The notes below the pieces were generated by a model, which worked only from the letters and a program-made list of their open reading frames with translations, was not told the origin of the DNA and did not search any database. The position numbers and the translations under genes were made by a program. A stretch of 63,217 nt of DNA, filler included, from Folioceros fuciformis (lineage: Eukaryota): NCBI GenBank assembly GCA_049999805.1. It is 20 parts of 20 records of this genome, joined end to end, with 100 filler letters (N's around TTAATTAATTAA, not from the genome) between each part and the next. Parts side by side here need not be neighbours in the genome. Positions count along the whole stretch, not along the records: positions 58,515 to 63,217 come from JBNGIO010006997.1; 19 more parts are not named here. One strand, written 5' to 3'. Positions 58,669-63,217 of this stretch are shown here, one piece after another (the first letter of the stretch is position 1; each line of letters starts with the position of its first letter).

Positions 58669-61600
58669 TCAGTGTCTTCGACTTCTAGGCTGAGAAGAAG
58701 CGTAGTTATAGCTCCCTCCATGCAACAACTCCAGGACGGCATTCACAACTCCGCGTCCTTCAGTATGGATGTCAAACTTAGGGTCGTCAATCTTCATCCC
58801 CAGGAGTGTATCCAACTCCTGGCGCAACTCCTGTGCATGCTCAAAGTAAGTTAGGGCCTGAATCCTTGACGGTCCGGAACAAAACAAATGAGGATGCGAG
58901 GCTCACCTGCACCAACTGAATAGTCTTTGGCAGTGCAGAGAACTGCAAGTAACCATCAAGCATCTGTACTCCTTGACCACCACTTGTAGGAACAAGGGCA
59001 CCGCCAAACATGAGTAGCGCATAATCGGATATATTCGTCGAATCCCTCAAATAGATTCCAGTCGTCTTCACTTTTTCACTGTAAACGAGCCATGGCTGTC
59101 CAAAGTAATTTTCTCGAGCATTCACTGAAGATGGATGGCATTCCACCTTTCCATCTTCCTTGGTATATAGTGCAACCCGTTGACCTCTCTGCTTACATTG
59201 GACAACATTTGGAAAGAGACCAGAGCAGAGTACGGCTCTAACCATGTCCAAATCACCACTGTATGTATTATAAGTCTGCATCGTCAGGCAACCTTCAGTT
59301 AACAAAACCTTGCTGCACTGCTCGTCCTCCATTATGCAACGATGCCGTAATATACTACGTGCAAGAACTCATCCCAGTGCGTACCTGAAGGCTGACTGAC
59401 TTGTCAATAAAGCCAATGTCAGAGAGCAGATCCAGGAACTGCCATCTCATGTCATCAATCATCTGCAGATTTGGAGATGACAAGTAGTTTTCCCAGCAGA
59501 AACTCCTATCATTGGCATTTTGCTTAGCTGCTTGCCAGCCATCATAGGCCCTCAAAAGCGCAATGTGATCACTGCACAGGACACGGAATCAAGAAAACAC
59601 GCATCATTCACCCTCCTCACAGCTGTAAGCATCAGCAAGAGGAGCACCAGCAACGTATATGACGGACGACTTGTCTAAATCCTTTGTCACACCTGTGTGT
59701 GTCCCCTGCAAAGTTCCGCCTAGCTATATCAGCTTCTTCTTTCCTTTCTATAGGAAGGACAAAAGGATCTCGGTGTGCAAGAGCTGCAGCAATGGTCAAA
59801 GCAGGTCCAAGACATTGAAAAACTGCTCCCATCAGCAGCATTTTCCCAACCTTGGGGTCAACTGGCAGAGTAGCAAGATGTCGCCCTACAAAATCCACAA
59901 GTTAGAACCATCATCGCCAGAAATCATGCAGCACACACACACAGAGCTGCAGACAGACCTAATGGTGTGAGCTCTTCATGTCCATCCAAGGCTCCTACAG
60001 TCTTCAACAGATCAACAGCATTTTGCACGGCAAGAGCTTCAGGAGGCTCCAGGGCTTTTGAAAGAAAAGTCACAATACTCCCAAGCTGCAAACTTTTGAT
60101 TTGCAAACAGAGCTCCTGTAAAGGGGTTCGAAGAATTTCGGGCACTTGGTATCCCAGCATTGCATCATATATTAGCTTAGGGTACAAGTGGTAGCACATT
60201 CCAGGTTGAACTCGACCAGCACGTCCTCTCCGCTGCACACAACAAACGGAGGGGTCAGGTCACTCATGCCTAACTTCTGGCAAACAGTACACAAAACGGG
60301 TTATCAAAACCCTGTAATTTGTGAAACAGGAAAGCACCAGGTGGCAGAAATCACATGTTTCATCAGACATCCACCTGATGAGCGGCTGCCTTTGAGATCC
60401 ATGAAGGCAACAGGCACGCTAGCTTGTTGAGAGCATCATAGCTCGTCTCCTTGGCTTTGCCACAGTCTATGACGTAAACAACGTCATCTATTGTTATACT
60501 TGTTTCAGCAATGTTTGTGGCAAGCACAATTTTCCTGAGGAGTTCATAAACATTCAGAACCAAATGCAGTCTTTTTCTGTGCCATTTCAAAGGACATAAT
60601 AACTGCGTATACCTCATTCCAATAGGTGGTCTTTGAAATATTTCCCTCTGATTGATAGTAGGCATAGATCCGTGCAAAGGCAAAATCATAAATCTGCTTC
60701 CATTTCTCAACACTGGATTCAACTTGAGCCTTTCAATTAGCTTAGATATCTCGTCCCAGCCTGTTAAGAACACAAGTATCGCACCATCTCCTTCTTTCAC
60801 GCAAATATGCTCAATAGCAGCTTCTACCTGTTGACACAGTAGGGTGATTCTTAGCAACTTCAAAGATATCCCAAGGGACTTTTCTCAAGCGCGTGTCTGC
60901 ATAAGGTGAACAAGTTAAGCTCATCAAGACAACAGTAACACATACCAAAGCTAAGTCAATTTGTTCAGCATTCCAAGCCTCCAGGGACCGCTGAGTAGTT
61001 CTGCTGGAGGTACTGAAGTGACTTCGGATGTCCACCGCCTACAGTTGAGAGATTAGGATCAAATAATAGTAAAGGCTGATTGCTAAAGTTACTGAGCTGA
61101 CCAACGTAAAATTCTCACCTCCCAGGTCTCCACCAATGGGTCCTTTTTCTTCTCTAGCATCCTTCGCTTCCTTCCTCCAGAAAACCCACCACCAGCCCCA
61201 CCTGGCTGATCACTAAGAGCATACTGTGAAGCTTCGAAAAAGTCCTCCAAGAACAACTCGTTTACTGGGAAGGTAAACCCCTGGAAAAACAACGAAGACC
61301 AGTTGCTAGACCACAATACCAGAAAGGTCACAACGAAACCCCAGAACAATGTCTTCTCCTCCATTCCTATTACACCATCTAGCTAAAATGTATGAATGTC
61401 GTCAGACACTTACAGGAATGTGCACCATGGGTGCATTGCTGAAATATCCAGAAAATAACTCAGCATTGATCGTAGCACTCATGAGGACAAGTCTAAGCTC
61501 CGGACGGCGTGGCAGTAGATCACGTAAAATGATGAGTAGAAAATCCTCGTTCATGCCTCTCTCATGAATTTCATCCACCATCACATGGCTTACCCCAGTT

Positions 61601-63217
61601 AATTCTGGCTCCTGAACCTGAAGAGTTGTGCAAGAAACAGGACAGGAACATCACGTGATTGCAATAATAATGAGAGATTTGCAAGTAATCATACAACTTA
61701 TCACAGTGGCACAGAGAGGGGGTCGCACCAGACGACGCAGAAGGACTCCAGTTGTACAGAAGAGCAAGCGGGTTTCTGCAGAGCGTTTGGTCTCCAGCCT
61801 AATCTGATAGCCAACGCTTTGGCCCAAAGCTTCACCCCTCTCTGCAGCTACACGCGCAGCTACAGATATAGCTGAGATTCTTCGCGGCTGTGTACAGATG
61901 ATGTTGCAGTCTGTACCACGCCCAGCCTCTACCTCAGACTCCAAGATAAATTGGGGGAGTTGAGTAGTCTTCCCACACCCAGTCTCTCCAGATACCACCA
62001 GAACCTAAATAATTGAGATACAGGCACCACTTTATGGATCTCCAAACCCCTTCATAACCACATAGTCACACCACTAAAGCTCACAGCAGAAACCTGTTCA
62101 TGTGGATCAAGTAAGGCACCTGATTGCTAGCAACAGCGTAAAGCAGATGCTCCTTCAATTTATACGAAGGCAACTTTCTTCTAAATTCCTCCATCGATCT
62201 TGCAGCTGGGCTTGCCTGCACAGAATTGGGTCGATAAGTCAAAAAACAGTGCAGAGTGACCTTTACATGCAGTGACTCCACTAACCAGCTGCAACACTTC
62301 AGAAACCCGAAAACCTGACCAATTACCAGCAGTTGGCGTTGATGGTCCTTCAACTGTAAGTTTTGCTTTTGTTTATCCACCACTGAGAGCCTGGCATTTG
62401 AACCCGCATCTGCATCTACATTCCTCGAAGGTGCAGGATCTGAAACTTCCAAGGGCAGGCTACTACTTGGTTTGGATGGGACCCCGTTACTGCCCCTCAA
62501 AACAGCAAGCACATTCTCCACTCTACTTTCAGTGTAGGGTGACAAGCTTATCTGCAGGAAGGAGTAATGAAAAGCAGCCATAATCAGTTGGCCATATCCA
62601 GTTGCCAGACATTCATAATCATGAAACAGCCGTAAGCAATCAGAAACCATAGGAACTTTATTCCCATGCTGCAACAGACCTGTCGCTGTGAGGAGCCATG
62701 ACGATCATCCAAGTCCGCACGATAATTTGGCAGCGGGACCTTGCTGACTACAAGAACAGTGTTGACGCCTTTGTTGTATGCATGACTTCCTTCCACACAA
62801 GTACCAAATGTGATTGACTACATCTGCCCCCATAAGCTCGACAATTGTACGTGACCCCCTTTACAAATTGCGGAAACCAGGCAAGAACTCCTGCACCGTG
62901 TCATGCTCAGCCACGTCTTGTATAGCACACTTACAAGTGCAGACCAATATCGGCTGCAATCTCTTCCAAAATCTGAGCTCCTTCCCTTCCAAAGTTCTTC
63001 TTTATCACAATCTCTTGTTGAGTTTGGTCTGCCTTCAGCTTGTCCAACCTGTCCTGCCATTCGTGTGGATCAAGGAGCTCTTTCTGGACAAACAAGCATT
63101 TCAAGTCTGCCAACGTGAGCCCCCACGTCATAGTGAACATCCTCCTCAATAACTAATTACAAGCACAAATCATTCAGCACGGCCCTCAGCCGATACAAAG
63201 CTACGTTCCGCAGGCAA
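58669..63217 (-). CDS. DExH-box RNA helicase, DHX36/plant DExH1-like, multi-exon; start lies beyond the window
   Basis: [70 protein letters not shown]2 region [15 protein letters not shown]-fold HPSSVN. Introns are mostly about 80-150 nt. Confidence 0.95.

Overview
This window is not one continuous locus. It consists of 20 short contigs joined by identical 100-nt artificial spacers (44 N + ttaattaattaa + 44 N), so adjacency across spacers is unproven. The DNA is eukaryotic nuclear sequence from a land plant. WDR92/DNAAF10 points to a lineage with flagellated sperm (bryophyte, lycophyte or fern; inference), and genes are tightly packed with mostly 80-150 nt introns. Recognisable genes, many truncated at contig ends: BUB1 kinase, a POB1/LRB BTB-BACK protein, an Agenet/Tudor protein, LCB1, WDR92, a CIB-type EF-hand protein, a stellacyanin, a plastid alpha/beta-hydrolase-fold protein, a beta-strand-rich unknown protein, a TyrP-like transporter, a NOT4-type RING protein, HCF107, a plastid DnaJ, a quinone oxidoreductase, TVP38, an A20/AN1 stress-associated protein, a LACS and a DHX36-like DExH helicase. 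Mobile-element debris includes Copia remnants, two related LTRs, a CRE-like non-LTR fragment, a CCT5 processed pseudogene and a ~600-bp-arm inverted repeat. The strongest leads are: a tandem array of ABBA (CDC20-binding) motifs in BUB1; an animal-type CIB gene directly behind a dynein-assembly gene on an AT-rich contig; the large palindrome around a solo LTR; a Tudor protein carrying its own RG box, possibly fused to BTB-BACK; and several conserved genes that are intronless. I see no CRISPR array, rRNA or tRNA, and no clearly supportable new multi-gene system.
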